Positions 1-10,462 of a stretch of 64,000 nt of DNA are shown here, in pieces. The notes beneath the pieces are model-generated. The model ran no database searches. It was given only the letters and a program-made list of their open reading frames with translations, and was not told the DNA's origin. Source of the DNA: an uncultured Actinomycetota bacterium (lineage in GTDB: Bacteria > Actinomycetota > Actinomycetes > Mycobacteriales > Micromonosporaceae); contig CAVTPU010000004.1 in the NCBI GenBank assembly GCA_963736695.1, positions 2,139,961 through 2,203,960 of the forward strand, given 5' to 3'. The translations under genes and the position numbers were made by a program. The first letter of the stretch is position 1; every line of letters begins with the position of its first letter.

Positions 1-432
1 GTGATATTGAACGCCGTCGAAGCAGTTGATCGCCACGAGGTACGGCAGACGCCGATGTTCGAAGAAGTCGATCGCGGCGAAGCAGTCAGCCAGCCGGCGG
101 GTGTCGACCATGACCACCGCGCCGATGGCGCCCCGCACGAGTTCGTCCCACATGAACCAGAACCGGGTCTGCCCAGGCGTGCCGAACAGATAGAGAATCA
201 GGTCATGATCGATGGAGATACGCCCGAAGTCCATGGCGACCGTCGTGGTCGTCTTCCCCGGCACTTGCCGAGTGTCGTCCACGCCGACGCCGGCTGAGGT
301 CATGATGGCCTCGGTCGTCAGCGGCGTGATCTCCGAAACGGAGCCGACCAGCGTCGTCTTACCGACGCCGAAACCGCCGGCAATGACGATCTTCGCCGAC
401 GTCACCCGACCGGACGACGGACGGTGCGTCAT
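1..432 (-). CDS. cvnD: Conservon small GTPase (CvnD-type ATP/GTP-binding protein). The 3' end runs off the window.
   Basis: Reverse translation from the ATG at 432-430 gives MTHRPSSGRVTSAKIVIAGGFGVGKTTLVGSVSEITPL...FGTPGQTRFWFMWDELVRGAIGAVVMVD...LPYLVAINCFDG, with P-loop GGFGVGKTT. The start lies 1 nt from the stop of the DUF742 gene. It is absent from the ORF track because it is truncated. Confidence 0.85.
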   Translation of the reverse strand, partial: MTHRPSSGRVTSAKIVIAGGFGVGKTTLVGSVSEITPLTTEAIMTSAGVGVDDTRQVPGKTTTTVAMDFGRISIDHDLILYLFGTPGQTRFWFMWDELVRGAIGAVVMVDTRRLADCFAAIDFFEHRRLPYLVAINCFDGVQYH

Positions 433-433
433 G

Positions 434-814
434 TCAGAGCTTCCGTAGTCCACTGAGCACCCTTTCCAGCAGTTCTGTGCCCACCGCGTCGTTACCGTCG
501 AGCGAGGTTGGCTCGTAAATAGCGACCAGCCCATCCGCGGCCATGTCCGCGACTAGCACACGGGCCACTCCAAGCGGCAGCTGCATCCGTGCCGAGATCT
601 CGGCGAGCGACTGCAGTCGCCCGTCGCATAACGTCACAATGTACTGCTGCTCACGTCCATTTGAGACACCATCACGTCCGCCAACAGAGCGACCGCGAGG
701 TGTCGTCTCCACCAGCGCCTCGATGGCGATCTCCACCCGAGGCCGGGTACGGCCACCGGTGACCGCGTACGGTCGAACGAGAGCGCCGGTCGGCTCATCT
801 CCATGGCTCGCCAT
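434..814 (-). CDS. cvnC: DUF742-family protein (conservon component C)
   Basis: 126-aa ORF with ...LVRPYAVTGGRTRP...SLAEISARMQLPLGVARVLVADMAADGLV..., typical of DUF742. It sits between the roadblock and GTPase genes. Confidence 0.85.
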   Translation of the reverse strand: MASHGDEPTGALVRPYAVTGGRTRPRVEIAIEALVETTPRGRSVGGRDGVSNGREQQYIVTLCDGRLQSLAEISARMQLPLGVARVLVADMAADGLVAIYEPTSLDGNDAVGTELLERVLSGLRKL

Positions 815-894
815 CGCCGGTCACCTCCTCCCCACCCTCATGCGTTTTCCGGTCGCTGCTGCGGACTAGGTCCGATCCCGCGTGCAGAATTCTC

Positions 895-1299
895 TCAGCC
901 CATCACCGAGGCGGCTGAACGAGGTGTCGGGGTAAGCGCGTCGCCGACCCGATCGACGAGCAACGCCATCTCATAACCTACCTGCCCCACATCACAGCTG
1001 CGCGCCGCCAGCACCGCAAAGGACGAGCCATCCGAGATTGACATGAGGAAGAGAAATCCGTTGTCCATCTCCACCACAGTCTGCAGCACGGAGCCACCTT
1101 CAAAACACCGGGCTGCACCTTGGGTGAGGCTCACGAGGCCAGAGGCGATGGCCGCCAGCTGGTCCGCACGGTCGCGAGGCAGATCACGGGACGCCGCCAG
1201 CGGCAAGCCGTCAGCGGACACGGCGATCGCGTGCGCGACGCCTGGAACGCGGTCGGCGAAGTTGGCGAGAAGCCAGCCTAGGTCCTGCGTACTCGTCAT
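895..1299 (-). CDS. cvnB: Roadblock/LC7 domain protein (conservon component B)
   Basis: 134-aa ORF with [29 protein letters not shown]...[14 protein letters not shown]. It overlaps the cvnA stop by 4 nt. Confidence 0.85.
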   Translation of the reverse strand: MTSTQDLGWLLANFADRVPGVAHAIAVSADGLPLAASRDLPRDRADQLAAIASGLVSLTQGAARCFEGGSVLQTVVEMDNGFLFLMSISDGSSFAVLAARSCDVGQVGYEMALLVDRVGDALTPTPRSAASVMG

Positions 1300-4200
1300 G
1301 CATCCTGCTCCTTGCCACTGGTCGACGAACCCGCCGTCGCCGGCTCCGCCGTGCTTGCTTGGACGCCACGGCCCCGCTGCACACCTCGGTGATAGGCAGA
1401 CAACAGACCGCGGACGGCGTCGGGTGAACGCCGTTCTGATCCACTGGTTGCGACCTCCACCCCACCAGGCACAAGCTGCGCCTGCGGAACCCGACGAGGC
1501 AGCCCGTTGTCTGTGGTGCCACCGTCCTCGGGTGAACTGGCGGCCTCAGCCGCACGCCACCCTTGGTCGGCGATAGAACGCCACGATACCGGCTCGGACG
1601 CGCCCCGCGCACCGAAGCCACTAGAACCATCACCGGACCCGAACGACAATTCTCGATCGGTTGGGACCGGCGAAGCATCCGGCCACGTGCTCGAACGAGA
1701 ATCGTCGACCATCCGCGACGACATGGGGGCTCCGGCCGCAGTGCGACCAACGTCACCCGAGTCGGGATTCGGAGCTGGTGGCCGGAACCACGCGGACTCC
1801 AACTCCTGAAAAATGGGCAGTTCCATCGTGAGATCGTCCGCGTATTGAGAAGGAGCGATCTCATGAGAGACCGGCGCGGGCGACATGCGATCGCCCCACG
1901 GGCTCTCACCGACGCCGCTATCCCGTGGCCCGGTCAGCCGCTGCATCACCGACGTGACTTCGTCGAGACTGTCGTGTCGCGTGGTCGCCGAACTGCGTGA
2001 GAACGGCTCGAAAGACTCGGGGGCTCCCCATCCTCCGGTCGCCGGCGGCTCAGTCTGTCCCGGTCCGGTGAACACGCCTGGTTGGCCGGACGGCTGCCAG
2101 GCGGTCGCGCCGAACGGATCGGCCTGCTCGACCGGCCCAGGCGACTGCAGCGGAATCACGGGAGTCGACAACGGTGGAGGCGCGAACGTGCCCCCACCAA
2201 AGGTCAGTGGAGACAACGGCATCGGAGGCTCCGGTTCCGTCGCGAAACCAGACCCGGAGACCGGCGTCTGCGCCACACTGCCGACCCCAGGATTCGACAG
2301 CTGATCGACATCCTCCGGCACGCCCCACTGCGATCCGGGGCGGCGTTGCGGCAACGGATCCGTGTCTGGCGGCTGCACCGAGGCAGGCATGGGCTCACCG
2401 ATCTGACCGTCAGGCTCAGCACCGGTCAGATCGTGCCAGGTCGGTTGAGTACCCCGACCGTTGGCGTGCCGCGCCGCGCCGTCGGAGCCGGTGAAACCAC
2501 CGTTGGTGAATGGGGCAGCTGGGTCGCCGCCGAATGCGGAGCCGAGCCCTGCCGGCCTCTGCGTCGGTGGCCCAGCCGGTGGGGTGAACGGCGGCTGCGC
2601 GAACACGGCCTCCCCATAGGACGGTTGGTCCTCGGGTCCGCCGAAGGCTCGGCTCCCTCCCTCCGCCGGCCCGGGCTGATGGGGAACCAAACCAGCCGTG
2701 GGAGCGCTGAACGGGGAGGCACCGAACGGGGAACCAGACGTCGGGGCGCCGAACGGGGAACCAGACCTGGGGGCGCCGAACGGGGAACCAGATGTCGGGA
2801 TCGGGTCCACGAGCGGGATCGGCGGGTGGTCCACTGCCGACGCCCACATTGGCCCCGGCACCGAACCGCTCTCCAAAGCCAATGGTGGCGCGAAGAAGGG
2901 ATGAGAGTTCTCGCCCGGGTCAAAGGTCGGGGCGCCGGACGGAGCGTGTCCCGTCGGGATCTGACCGCCAGGAACCAACGCCCCCGAGGGAATGATCACC
3001 TCTGCGATGGTGCCGCGCTCCGGGGCGGGGCGCAGTTCGACTCGCGCGCCGTGGCGGTGGGCCAACTGCGCCACCACCACGAGGCCCATCATGCGGGAGA
3101 CGGCCGCGTCGACCTGTGGTGGAGTGACAAGCCGCTCGTTCAGTTCGGCATATTGCTCGCCCGACATTCCGATGCCACGGTCATGCACCTGCAAGATGGC
3201 GTGCTCACCGTGCCGGCGGGCGTCGACCACGATCGGCGTGTCCGGTGGGGAGAACGCGGTCGCGTTGTCGAAAAGCTCGGCGATCAGGTGAACGAAGTCG
3301 TTGACGGCTGGAGCCGAGATCTCGAGGTGCTGGTCGATGCCACCGAACTGAATGCGCGTGTAGTGCTCGACCTCGGACTGCGCCGCGCGCAACACGTCGA
3401 GCAGCGCGGCCGGATCGCGCTGGACACGGGACGAGTCGGCGCCTGCGAGCACGAGAAGGTTTTCGTCGTTGCGCCGCATCCGAGTCGCGAGGTGATCGAG
3501 CTGGAACAATTCCGAGAGCCGGTCCGGATCCTGCTCGCCGCGTTCGAGTTGGTCGAGGTGGCCGATGAGCCGGTCAACCAGCAGCTGACTGCGCCGAGCG
3601 AGGTTGATGAACATCGCGGCGACGGAGGACCGCAACTGCGCCTGCTCGGCGGCTGTCCGCACGGCTTCCATGTGGACGGCGTTGAACGCCTGCGTGACCT
3701 GGCCAAACTCGTCGGTGCTGCGCACCGGCAGCGGTTCGGCGATGTGCATGGCGATCTCGGCAGGGCTCAGCGACGATGGCAGATGCGGGTCGCGCAACCG
3801 GTTCACCGCTTGGGGCAGACCATATTGCGCGACGGCAAGTGCGCCTTGCCGCAGGTCACGAAGCGATCGGGCCATCGACCGGGCGACCAACCAGGCGAAG
3901 ATCACGCCGAAGACGAGGGTGGCGATAAGGCTCGTCGTCTCAATGAGCACCTGCTGCTCGACTTCGTCGCCAACGTCGATCGCGGTCTGCTGGGCCTGCC
4001 CGCCGAACTCCGTCACGGCCGCGTTCATGAGTTTGGATCGGCCGCTCATGGTGGTATCCCAGGCATCGGCCGTGAGGCTCGGTGGCGGCGGTTCGGCGAC
4101 CGCGAGACTGTCGACCTGCCCCTCGAATTTGAGGCTTTTGCCGAGCTCGGTGCTCGCGATGGTGCGTTGGAAGGTCGCGCGCTGCGTCGATGTCGCCGCC

Positions 4201-4988
4201 GCCGCGAAGGCGTCGAGTGCGAGCTGTTGTGCCTTGCGCACCGCGACGAAGTTTCGGCGCGTGGCTTCCGAGATCGGTTCTCGTCGGGCCAGCGAGGGAA
4301 GGAGGATGTCGCGCTCCTGGGCCAGGAACTCCTTGGCCTGCGCGACGGCGGTCACCGCACGCAGCCGGTCGCCGAGAACAGGATCGCCGGCGAACTCCGC
4401 TGTGAACGACCTGATGGTGAGCAGATCGGAGATGAGCACCCGATAGCGGTGGCCGGCGATGGACAGCGGAATCTTGTTCTGTTCGGAGATCTGGCTGCGG
4501 AGCGTCGTGAGGTCGACGAGTTCGGTCTCGATCCGCCCCAGCGTCACCCGAAGGTTTCCCGGCACATCGGCGACGGTGGAGCGACTGAGCCGATATTGGG
4601 CGCTCGACTTGTCGGTGACGGGAAGCTGCCGGGCGAAATCGTCCCTGACCCGCTTCAGCGACTGCGGCGGCGCGCTCAACAGATAGGTCCCGATGGCCCG
4701 TTCCTGTTGAAGATCATCGATGAGCGCGTCGGCGTCACTGGCGAGCACCGCGAGCGCACGCACCCGTTCGGCGTCGTTGGCTGCGGACGCATGGTCGGTG
4801 AGACTTCGCGCACCGACGACAATCGTGGCGATAGTCGGCACGATCATGATGAGCGCGAGCTTGATCCAGATCGGCAGGTTCTGTAGCCAACCGACTGGCC
4901 GGGAGAAGCGCGAGGACACGGTGCTGTCGTGCGCGCCTGACTGTTTGCTCACCTCACCACCCTCCGAACCAGTGCCGAGGTGGGGCAC
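1296..4988 (-). CDS. cvnA: Conservon sensor histidine-kinase-like protein with N-terminal sensor region, HAMP and HATPase_c domains, plus a roughly 600-aa Pro/Gly/Ser-rich tail
   Basis: 1230-aa ORF with a TM helix ([20 protein letters not shown]) and ATPase boxes ([14 protein letters not shown]...[12 protein letters not shown]). An alternative GTG start at 4952 has a GGAGG upstream. Confidence 0.85.
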   Translation of the reverse strand: MPHLGTGSEGGEVSKQSGAHDSTVSSRFSRPVGWLQNLPIWIKLALIMIVPTIATIVVGARSLTDHASAANDAERVRALAVLASDADALIDDLQQERAIGTYLLSAPPQSLKRVRDDFARQLPVTDKSSAQYRLSRSTVADVPGNLRVTLGRIETELVDLTTLRSQISEQNKIPLSIAGHRYRVLISDLLTIRSFTAEFAGDPVLGDRLRAVTAVAQAKEFLAQERDILLPSLARREPISEATRRNFVAVRKAQQLALDAFAAAATSTQRATFQRTIASTELGKSLKFEGQVDSLAVAEPPPPSLTADAWDTTMSGRSKLMNAAVTEFGGQAQQTAIDVGDEVEQQVLIETTSLIATLVFGVIFAWLVARSMARSLRDLRQGALAVAQYGLPQAVNRLRDPHLPSSLSPAEIAMHIAEPLPVRSTDEFGQVTQAFNAVHMEAVRTAAEQAQLRSSVAAMFINLARRSQLLVDRLIGHLDQLERGEQDPDRLSELFQLDHLATRMRRNDENLLVLAGADSSRVQRDPAALLDVLRAAQSEVEHYTRIQFGGIDQHLEISAPAVNDFVHLIAELFDNATAFSPPDTPIVVDARRHGEHAILQVHDRGIGMSGEQYAELNERLVTPPQVDAAVSRMMGLVVVAQLAHRHGARVELRPAPERGTIAEVIIPSGALVPGGQIPTGHAPSGAPTFDPGENSHPFFAPPLALESGSVPGPMWASAVDHPPIPLVDPIPTSGSPFGAPRSGSPFGAPTSGSPFGASPFSAPTAGLVPHQPGPAEGGSRAFGGPEDQPSYGEAVFAQPPFTPPAGPPTQRPAGLGSAFGGDPAAPFTNGGFTGSDGAARHANGRGTQPTWHDLTGAEPDGQIGEPMPASVQPPDTDPLPQRRPGSQWGVPEDVDQLSNPGVGSVAQTPVSGSGFATEPEPPMPLSPLTFGGGTFAPPPLSTPVIPLQSPGPVEQADPFGATAWQPSGQPGVFTGPGQTEPPATGGWGAPESFEPFSRSSATTRHDSLDEVTSVMQRLTGPRDSGVGESPWGDRMSPAPVSHEIAPSQYADDLTMELPIFQELESAWFRPPAPNPDSGDVGRTAAGAPMSSRMVDDSRSSTWPDASPVPTDRELSFGSGDGSSGFGARGASEPVSWRSIADQGWRAAEAASSPEDGGTTDNGLPRRVPQAQLVPGGVEVATSGSERRSPDAVRGLLSAYHRGVQRGRGVQASTAEPATAGSSTSGKEQDA
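2706..2800. repeat. Three tandem 27-bp coding repeats plus a degenerate copy inside the cvnA tail
   Basis: Copies at 2720-2746, 2747-2773 and 2774-2800 (cgccgaacggggaaccagacNtNgggg) encode ...[25 protein letters not shown]... on the minus strand. Confidence 0.8.
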
Positions 4989-5144
4989 CGGTCACTCGCC
5001 AGCCCCGAAGCGACATGGGCTGGCCCGAAGATTCCATCACGCCGTGGGGCAAAGAGAAAGTCCAGCCCTCGCCTAACCTGTCCGTAATGCCACACTGACA
5101 CCCGGTTGGCGGCCGAGAGTTTGCCTCATTGCACACTGATAGCC

Positions 5145-5825
5145 ATGCCATCCGCGCACGTAATCCTGCTTGCAGGCCCCTCGGGATCGGGCAAATCTTA
5201 TATCGCGCGTCGAACCGGACTTCCGGTGGTCTGCCTTGACGATTTTTATCGCGATAGTGACGATCCGATTGCGCCACGTAATGGTAATTCGGTCGATTGG
5301 GAGTCGCCGCTCGCCTGGGATCAACCGGCCGCACTCGAGGCGATCGAGACGCTGTGTCACATCGGCGAGGCCCGCATGCCGATCTACGCATTCGACGCCG
5401 ACCGGCGGGTCGGTTGGCACACCACCCAGTTGGCGGGTTCGCCGCTGTTCATCGCGGAGGGCATCTTCGCCGCCGAGATCGTGGCCGCCTGCGCTCAGCG
5501 ATCGCTGTTGGCCGGGGCCTTCGCACTGCGTCGTCCGCGCGGGCTGACATATCTGCGCCGGATCGCCCGAGACCTGGCCGAACGACGCAAACCGCCGGGA
5601 GTCATCGTGCGACGAGGCCTGGCTCTGCTACGCGCCGAACCCGCCATCCTGGCGCGGCAGGCCGAACTCGGGGCGGTCCCCGCCCGCGCCCACACGATTC
5701 TCACCACGGTCGCGGCCGCTCGTCAGGCCGCGGCCAGCGACCGTGTGGCGGGTGAACGTGTGGCGGGTGAACGTGTGGCGGATGAGACGGTCACGACTCC
5801 AGCAACGCGGCGTACGCCGGTTTGA
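5145..5825 (+). CDS. Uridine-kinase-like P-loop NTPase
   Basis: Within ORF 5106..5825. The likely start is [19 protein letters not shown] (Walker A). ...LDDFY...IYAFD... resembles the Udk/PRK family. The 3' end overlaps the convergent add gene by 35 nt. Confidence 0.6.
   Translation: MPSAHVILLAGPSGSGKSYIARRTGLPVVCLDDFYRDSDDPIAPRNGNSVDWESPLAWDQPAALEAIETLCHIGEARMPIYAFDADRRVGWHTTQLAGSPLFIAEGIFAAEIVAACAQRSLLAGAFALRRPRGLTYLRRIARDLAERRKPPGVIVRRGLALLRAEPAILARQAELGAVPARAHTILTTVAAARQAAASDRVAGERVAGERVADETVTTPATRRTPV
5740..5784. repeat. Three tandem 15-bp repeats at the 3' end of the kinase-like gene
   Basis: gaccgtgtggcgggt / gaacgtgtggcgggt / gaacgtgtggcggat encodes [15 protein letters not shown]. 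Confidence 0.8.
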
Positions 5826-6906
5826 TCACCTCGTCGATCAACGAGAGCCGTTCGTCGAACGGGATGAACGAGCTCTTCATGGCGTTGATGGTGAACCACC
5901 GCAGGTCGGCCCAGCCATAGCCGAACGCGTCGACGAGCAGCGCCATCTCCCGCGACATCGTGGTGCCGCTCATCAGGCGATTGTCGGTGTTCACGGTGAC
6001 GCGGAAACGCAGATCCCGCAGGAGCCCGATCGGGTGCTGCGCGATCGACGTGGCCGCGCCGGTCTGCACGTTCGAGGAGGGACACAACTCCAGCGGGATC
6101 CGCTTGTCGCGCACATAGGCGGCGAGCCGGCCGAGACGCACGTGACGCTCATCACCCGTACCCGTGGTCTCGATGTCATCGACGATGCGCACACCGTGAC
6201 CGAGCCGGTCGGCGCCACACCACTGGATCGCCTGCCAGATCGACGGCAATCCGAACGCCTCGCCCGCGTGAATGGTGAAATGGCAGTTCTCTCGCTGAAG
6301 AAACTCGAATGCGTCGAGGTGCCGGGTGGGCGGATAGCCGGCCTCGGCGCCAGCGATGTCGAACCCGACGACCCCGACCTCTCGAAACCGCACAGCCAGC
6401 TCGGCGATCTCGGTCGACCGCGCGGCGTGACGCATGGCGGTGAGCAGTGTCCCGATCCGGATCGGCCGCCCGGCCGCGCCGGCCCGGGACGCCCCTTCGG
6501 CGAAGCCCGCGAGCACCGCCTCGACGACCTCGGGCAGGGACAACCCCGCATCGAGATGCTGTTCGGGCGCGAAGCGCACCTCGGCATAGACGACGCCGTC
6601 GTCGGCGAGGTCGAGGGCGCACTCGGCGGCGACGCGATAGAGCGCCTCGGGGGTCTGCATGACGGCGACCGTATGCGCGAATGTCTCCAGATAACGTTCG
6701 AGAGAGCCGGAGTCGGCGGCGTCGACGAACCAGCGGCCAAGCTCGTCGGGTTCGGTCGCGGGCAGTTTATGGCCGATCTCAGCGGCGAGCTCGATCACCG
6801 TGGCGGGGCGCAGTCCACCATCGAGATGATCATGAAGAAGGGCCTTCGGCGCCTGTCGGATCGTGTCCAGAGTGGGGGTCGCACCCGGGTTGGTCGTTAC
6901 TTCCAT
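5791..6906 (-). CDS. add: Adenosine deaminase
   Basis: 371-aa ORF with ...[16 protein letters not shown]..., ...HAGE..., ...[13 protein letters not shown]..., the canonical Add motifs. Confidence 0.93.
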   Translation of the reverse strand: MEVTTNPGATPTLDTIRQAPKALLHDHLDGGLRPATVIELAAEIGHKLPATEPDELGRWFVDAADSGSLERYLETFAHTVAVMQTPEALYRVAAECALDLADDGVVYAEVRFAPEQHLDAGLSLPEVVEAVLAGFAEGASRAGAAGRPIRIGTLLTAMRHAARSTEIAELAVRFREVGVVGFDIAGAEAGYPPTRHLDAFEFLQRENCHFTIHAGEAFGLPSIWQAIQWCGADRLGHGVRIVDDIETTGTGDERHVRLGRLAAYVRDKRIPLELCPSSNVQTGAATSIAQHPIGLLRDLRFRVTVNTDNRLMSGTTMSREMALLVDAFGYGWADLRWFTINAMKSSFIPFDERLSLIDEVIKPAYAALLES

Positions 6907-6969
6907 ACGCAGACATTAGTCTTGCGGCCACGGGGCGCCCCATCGGCGCCGCCACGAGAGAGGCTCGGT

Positions 6970-7818
6970 GTGCTCGACGACGTACGAACGAGGCTGCGCT
7001 GCCCGGTGTGCGGTGCCGGATTCGACGCCGATCCGGCGACGCTTCGATGCCCGTCCGGACACAGTTTCGACCTCGCCCGCCAGGGTTATGCCAACCTTCT
7101 CACCCGCGCGGCCCCCGCCCGGACGGAGACGCCGGAGATGGTCGCCGCACGCCACGACTGGCTCAGCGCCGGCCACTACGACTTCATCACCCGGGCAGTG
7201 GCCACCGCCGTCACCGAGGCGTCGCCGACGGCCGACTCAACGCCGGGACTCGTCCTCGATGTGGGTGCCGGCACCGGGCACTATCTGGCCGCCGTGCTCG
7301 ACGCAGTCACGCACCACCACGGGCTCGGCATCGACCTCGCCAAGCCCGCCGTGCGACGCTGCGCCCGCGCGCATCCCCGGGCCGCGGCTGTGATCAGCGA
7401 CGTGTGGCGGTCGTTCCCGCTCGCCGATCGCAGTTGTGACGTGGTGCTCAACGTCTTCGCCCCGCGCAACCCGGGCGAGTTCCACCGGGTGCTGCGCCCG
7501 GACGGAGTGTTGATCGTGGTGATCCCGCAGGCACATCATCTCGGCGAACTCGTCCGGGCCGCCGGGTTGCTCGCCGTCGATCCGGACAAGGACCTCCGCG
7601 TGGACGGCGCCCTTCGACGTTGGTTCCGGCTTGACCGAGACGACGCGTACGAGCATTCGCTCTCGCTGACGCACGCACAGGCCCGCACCCTCGTGGCGAT
7701 GGGGCCGAGCGCGTGGCACACGCGCAGCAGTCAGGCCCACGCGCGCATCGACCAGTCAGTCGAACCGATCCGGGTGACCGCTGCCGTGCGGGTGCAGGTG
7801 CACCGACCCATCGGCTGA
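6970..7818 (+). CDS. rlmA: 23S rRNA (guanine-N1)-methyltransferase, RlmA-like, with an N-terminal Zn ribbon
   Basis: The real gene is the C-terminal part of track ORF 5743..7818, starting at the GTG at 6970: VLDDVRTRLRCPVCGAGF...LRCPSGHSFDLARQGYANLL, then the SAM motif LDVGAGTGHY. Confidence 0.8.
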   Translation: MLDDVRTRLRCPVCGAGFDADPATLRCPSGHSFDLARQGYANLLTRAAPARTETPEMVAARHDWLSAGHYDFITRAVATAVTEASPTADSTPGLVLDVGAGTGHYLAAVLDAVTHHHGLGIDLAKPAVRRCARAHPRAAAVISDVWRSFPLADRSCDVVLNVFAPRNPGEFHRVLRPDGVLIVVIPQAHHLGELVRAAGLLAVDPDKDLRVDGALRRWFRLDRDDAYEHSLSLTHAQARTLVAMGPSAWHTRSSQAHARIDQSVEPIRVTAAVRVQVHRPIG

Positions 7819-7825
7819 GGCGGGC

Positions 7826-8521
7826 TCAGGTCGACAGATCGACCTCTTCCCACCCGCACGGCTCCGGCTGATATGGCCCGCGCAGCACCACCGCCCACTC
7901 CAACGCCCACCGTCGCTGGCCGATCGCGTTGGAGTCGATGACTCCCGGCAGTCGAATCTGGCGGCGTTCTGCCTCAAGATAGGCCCAATCCAGGCAATAG
8001 AACAGATCAAGGACGATGGCCGCCTCGGGCGCCGGACGCACGGTCGGCTCCGTTCGTGTGCGCCACGCCGCGAAGGGCTCCTTCGACGGCAGATGCGGCA
8101 ACTGCTCGATGAGCCCGTCCGGTGCGGGCGCCGTGGGGTCGAGGTGGGAGACGAGACCCAGCACCCACGCGAACGCGTAGAGCGCCTCCAGGTGCAGCGC
8201 GAACGACCGTTGATCGCCCTCACCCGAAGCGACGAAGCTCCACTCGGGCCGGGTCAGAAACTCCAGCAGGTGTGCGTCGAGAAGCCACGCCATCGCGGCC
8301 TCCGACGGCATCCCGAAACAGCGGGCGAGCACGACGTTGAGAACGGCCGTGCGGGCCTCCAACTCCACAAGGGGGCGCAGCGTGACCCGATCTCCCGGCT
8401 CCCAGACGAGCGGGAAGTCCGGGGGCGGCACCGGCAGCTCCAACCGGCGCAGTTGCTCCACACTGGCGGCACGGACCCGATGCGGGTCGGGCGCGGGCAC
8501 GGTCACAGCACAGTCCACCAA
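7826..8521 (-). CDS. DUF4272-like hypothetical protein
   Basis: 231-aa ORF with a non-repetitive, balanced composition. The family assignment is from memory of the sequence pattern only. Confidence 0.5.
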   Translation of the reverse strand: MVDCAVTVPAPDPHRVRAASVEQLRRLELPVPPPDFPLVWEPGDRVTLRPLVELEARTAVLNVVLARCFGMPSEAAMAWLLDAHLLEFLTRPEWSFVASGEGDQRSFALHLEALYAFAWVLGLVSHLDPTAPAPDGLIEQLPHLPSKEPFAAWRTRTEPTVRPAPEAAIVLDLFYCLDWAYLEAERRQIRLPGVIDSNAIGQRRWALEWAVVLRGPYQPEPCGWEEVDLST

Positions 8522-8724
8522 TTCATCGATGTGTCGACGTCCGCCTGCCTCAAACGCGGGGAACTCTAGCGTGCGCCGTCCAACGCGAAGCGGCGGCCGT
8601 CGTGCTCACGCCTCGTCAGGTTGACCGTCGGGAACCCGATTTCTCCTGATTTATCACAGGATACCCATCCGCACCGGCGATTCGAGAGCGCTCATCGGCG
8701 ATTCGCCCCTCGGAAGCGGCCACG

Positions 8725-10011
8725 TCAGGAGGAGATTCGGCCCATCACCAAGGGTGTAGGCGCCGGCGCCACGTCGGCGATCGTGATCCCCGACCGCGCG
8801 AGCTCCACCGCCGCTGGCATCCGCCGGTCGGAGTCGGCGAGCAGCTCGCACACCACGTCGCCCCGCCGCACCGTGTCGCCGGGCTTGCGGTGCACGATGA
8901 CCCCCGCGGCGGCGCTGACCGGATCCTCTTTGCGGGCCCGACCGGCGCCGAGGTTCCAGGCCGCCATGCCGATGGCGTAGGCATCGACGACCGAGACAAA
9001 CCCGTCGACCTCGGCCCGCACGAACTCCCGCTCCGCCGCGATGGGCAACGGCGCGTCCGGATCGCCGCCCTGCGCGCGGATCATCGCCCGCCACGCATCC
9101 ATCGCCCGGCCATCGGCGAGGTGGTCCCGCGGATCCACATCGGAGATTCCGGCGACGGCGAGCATCTCCTCGGCCAGGGTGAGCGTGAGTTCGACCACGT
9201 CGGCCGGACCACCACCGGCGAGCACCTCGATCGATTCGGCGACCTCGATCGCGTTGCCGACCGCGCGTCCGAGCGGGGTGCTCATGTCGGTGAGCAGTGC
9301 CACCGTGCGCACCCCGTGGGCGGTGCCGAGCTCGACCATCGTGTGCGCGAGTTCCCAGGCTTGGTCGCTGACCTTCATGAAGGCGCCCGAGCCGACTTTG
9401 ACGTCGAGCACGAGAGCGCTCGTACCCTCAGCGATTTTTTTGCTCATGATCGAGCTCGCGATGAGCGGGATGGCCTCGACGGTTCCGGTGACGTCACGCA
9501 ACGCATAGAGCTTGCGATCGGCGGGGGCGAGCTGTTCACCCGCCGCGCAGACCACGGCGCCGATTTCGCTGAGTTGGCGCAGAAACTCGGCGTTGGTCAG
9601 CGCGGCTCGAAATCCAGCGATGGACTCCAGCTTGTCGAGCGTCCCGCCCGTGTGGCCCAATCCCCGTCCCGACAGCTGGGGAACCGCCGCACCACAGGAG
9701 GCGACCAACGGCGTGAGCGGCAACGTGATCTTGTCGCCCACGCCTCCGGTGGAGTGTTTGTCCACAGTGGGGCGATCGATGCTGGAGAGGTCCAACCGCG
9801 CACCGGAACCGATCATCGCGGCGGTCCATCGGGCAATCTCATGTGGACTCATTCCGCGCAGCAGAATCGCCATCGCGAGCGCGGACATCTGCTCGTCGGC
9901 GACGACGCCTCGGGTGAAGGCGTCGACGACCCAGTCGATCTGGCGATCCGAAAGCGCGCCGCCGTCTCGTTTGACCTGAATCACGTCGACGGCGGCAAAC
10001 GACTCAGCCAT
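8725..10011 (-). CDS. deoA: Thymidine (pyrimidine-nucleoside) phosphorylase
   Basis: 428-aa ORF with ...VDKHSTGGVGDKITL...LSGRGLGHTGGTLDKLE... Confidence 0.93.
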   Translation of the reverse strand: MAESFAAVDVIQVKRDGGALSDRQIDWVVDAFTRGVVADEQMSALAMAILLRGMSPHEIARWTAAMIGSGARLDLSSIDRPTVDKHSTGGVGDKITLPLTPLVASCGAAVPQLSGRGLGHTGGTLDKLESIAGFRAALTNAEFLRQLSEIGAVVCAAGEQLAPADRKLYALRDVTGTVEAIPLIASSIMSKKIAEGTSALVLDVKVGSGAFMKVSDQAWELAHTMVELGTAHGVRTVALLTDMSTPLGRAVGNAIEVAESIEVLAGGGPADVVELTLTLAEEMLAVAGISDVDPRDHLADGRAMDAWRAMIRAQGGDPDAPLPIAAEREFVRAEVDGFVSVVDAYAIGMAAWNLGAGRARKEDPVSAAAGVIVHRKPGDTVRRGDVVCELLADSDRRMPAAVELARSGITIADVAPAPTPLVMGRISS

Positions 10012-10462
10012 GCCGGGTCCTCACTTCCACGCTTCGATCGGTTGTGCCCAACCGACGTTCTAGGTCTCCGACGTCAAACGCGTGCGGAAGAAGGTCGGCG
10101 ACCCGCACCGGCCCATCGAGACTGTCCACAAGGCAGTCGGGCCCGCCTTGCTCCCATAACAGTTGCCGGCATCGGCCGCACGGCATCACCGGAGAGCCCG
10201 AACCGTCCACACAGGAGACAGCACGCAGGCGACCGCCGCCGGTTGCGTGCAACGACGAGACCACCCCGCATTCGGCGCAGAGCACGACGCCGTAGGCCGC
10301 GTTCTCGACGTTGCACCCCACCACGACCCGACCATCATCGACGAGGCCCGCCGCGCCGACCGGATAGGACGAGTACGGCGCGTACGCGCGCCGCATCACC
10401 TCGGTCGCCGCCGCGCGCAGATCGATCCAGGGCACGGGAAAGGCGGATGTCGTCACGATCAC
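10004..10462 (-). CDS. cdd: Cytidine deaminase
   Basis: 152-aa ORF with Zn motifs ...CAECGVV... and ...PCGRCRQ.... The stop overlaps the deoA start by 8 nt. Confidence 0.9.
   Translation of the reverse strand: MIVTTSAFPVPWIDLRAAATEVMRRAYAPYSSYPVGAAGLVDDGRVVVGCNVENAAYGVVLCAECGVVSSLHATGGGRLRAVSCVDGSGSPVMPCGRCRQLLWEQGGPDCLVDSLDGPVRVADLLPHAFDVGDLERRLGTTDRSVEVRTRHG

Noticed and set aside
2706-2800. Short tandem repeats (here and at 5740, 46851, 49695 and 50651) as a possible CRISPR or minisatellite array
   Set aside because: The units are contiguous with no spacers and number only 2-5 copies. The arrays at 2706, 5740 and 50651 are in-frame coding repeats, and the ones at 46851 and 49695 lie largely in intergenic spacers while spanning the tatD and metG stop codons. 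No cas genes are present.
2082-4886. 934-aa plus-strand ORF covering most of the cvnA locus
   Set aside because: It is antisense to a gene with clear kinase motifs. Its translation is extremely Arg/Gly-rich with no motifs. This is the typical stop-free shadow frame of high-GC DNA.
5743-6969. N-terminal roughly 400 aa of the 691-aa plus-strand ORF 5743..7818
   Set aside because: It is antisense to adenosine deaminase. Only the part from the GTG at 6970 matches a methyltransferase, and the upstream part is low-complexity.
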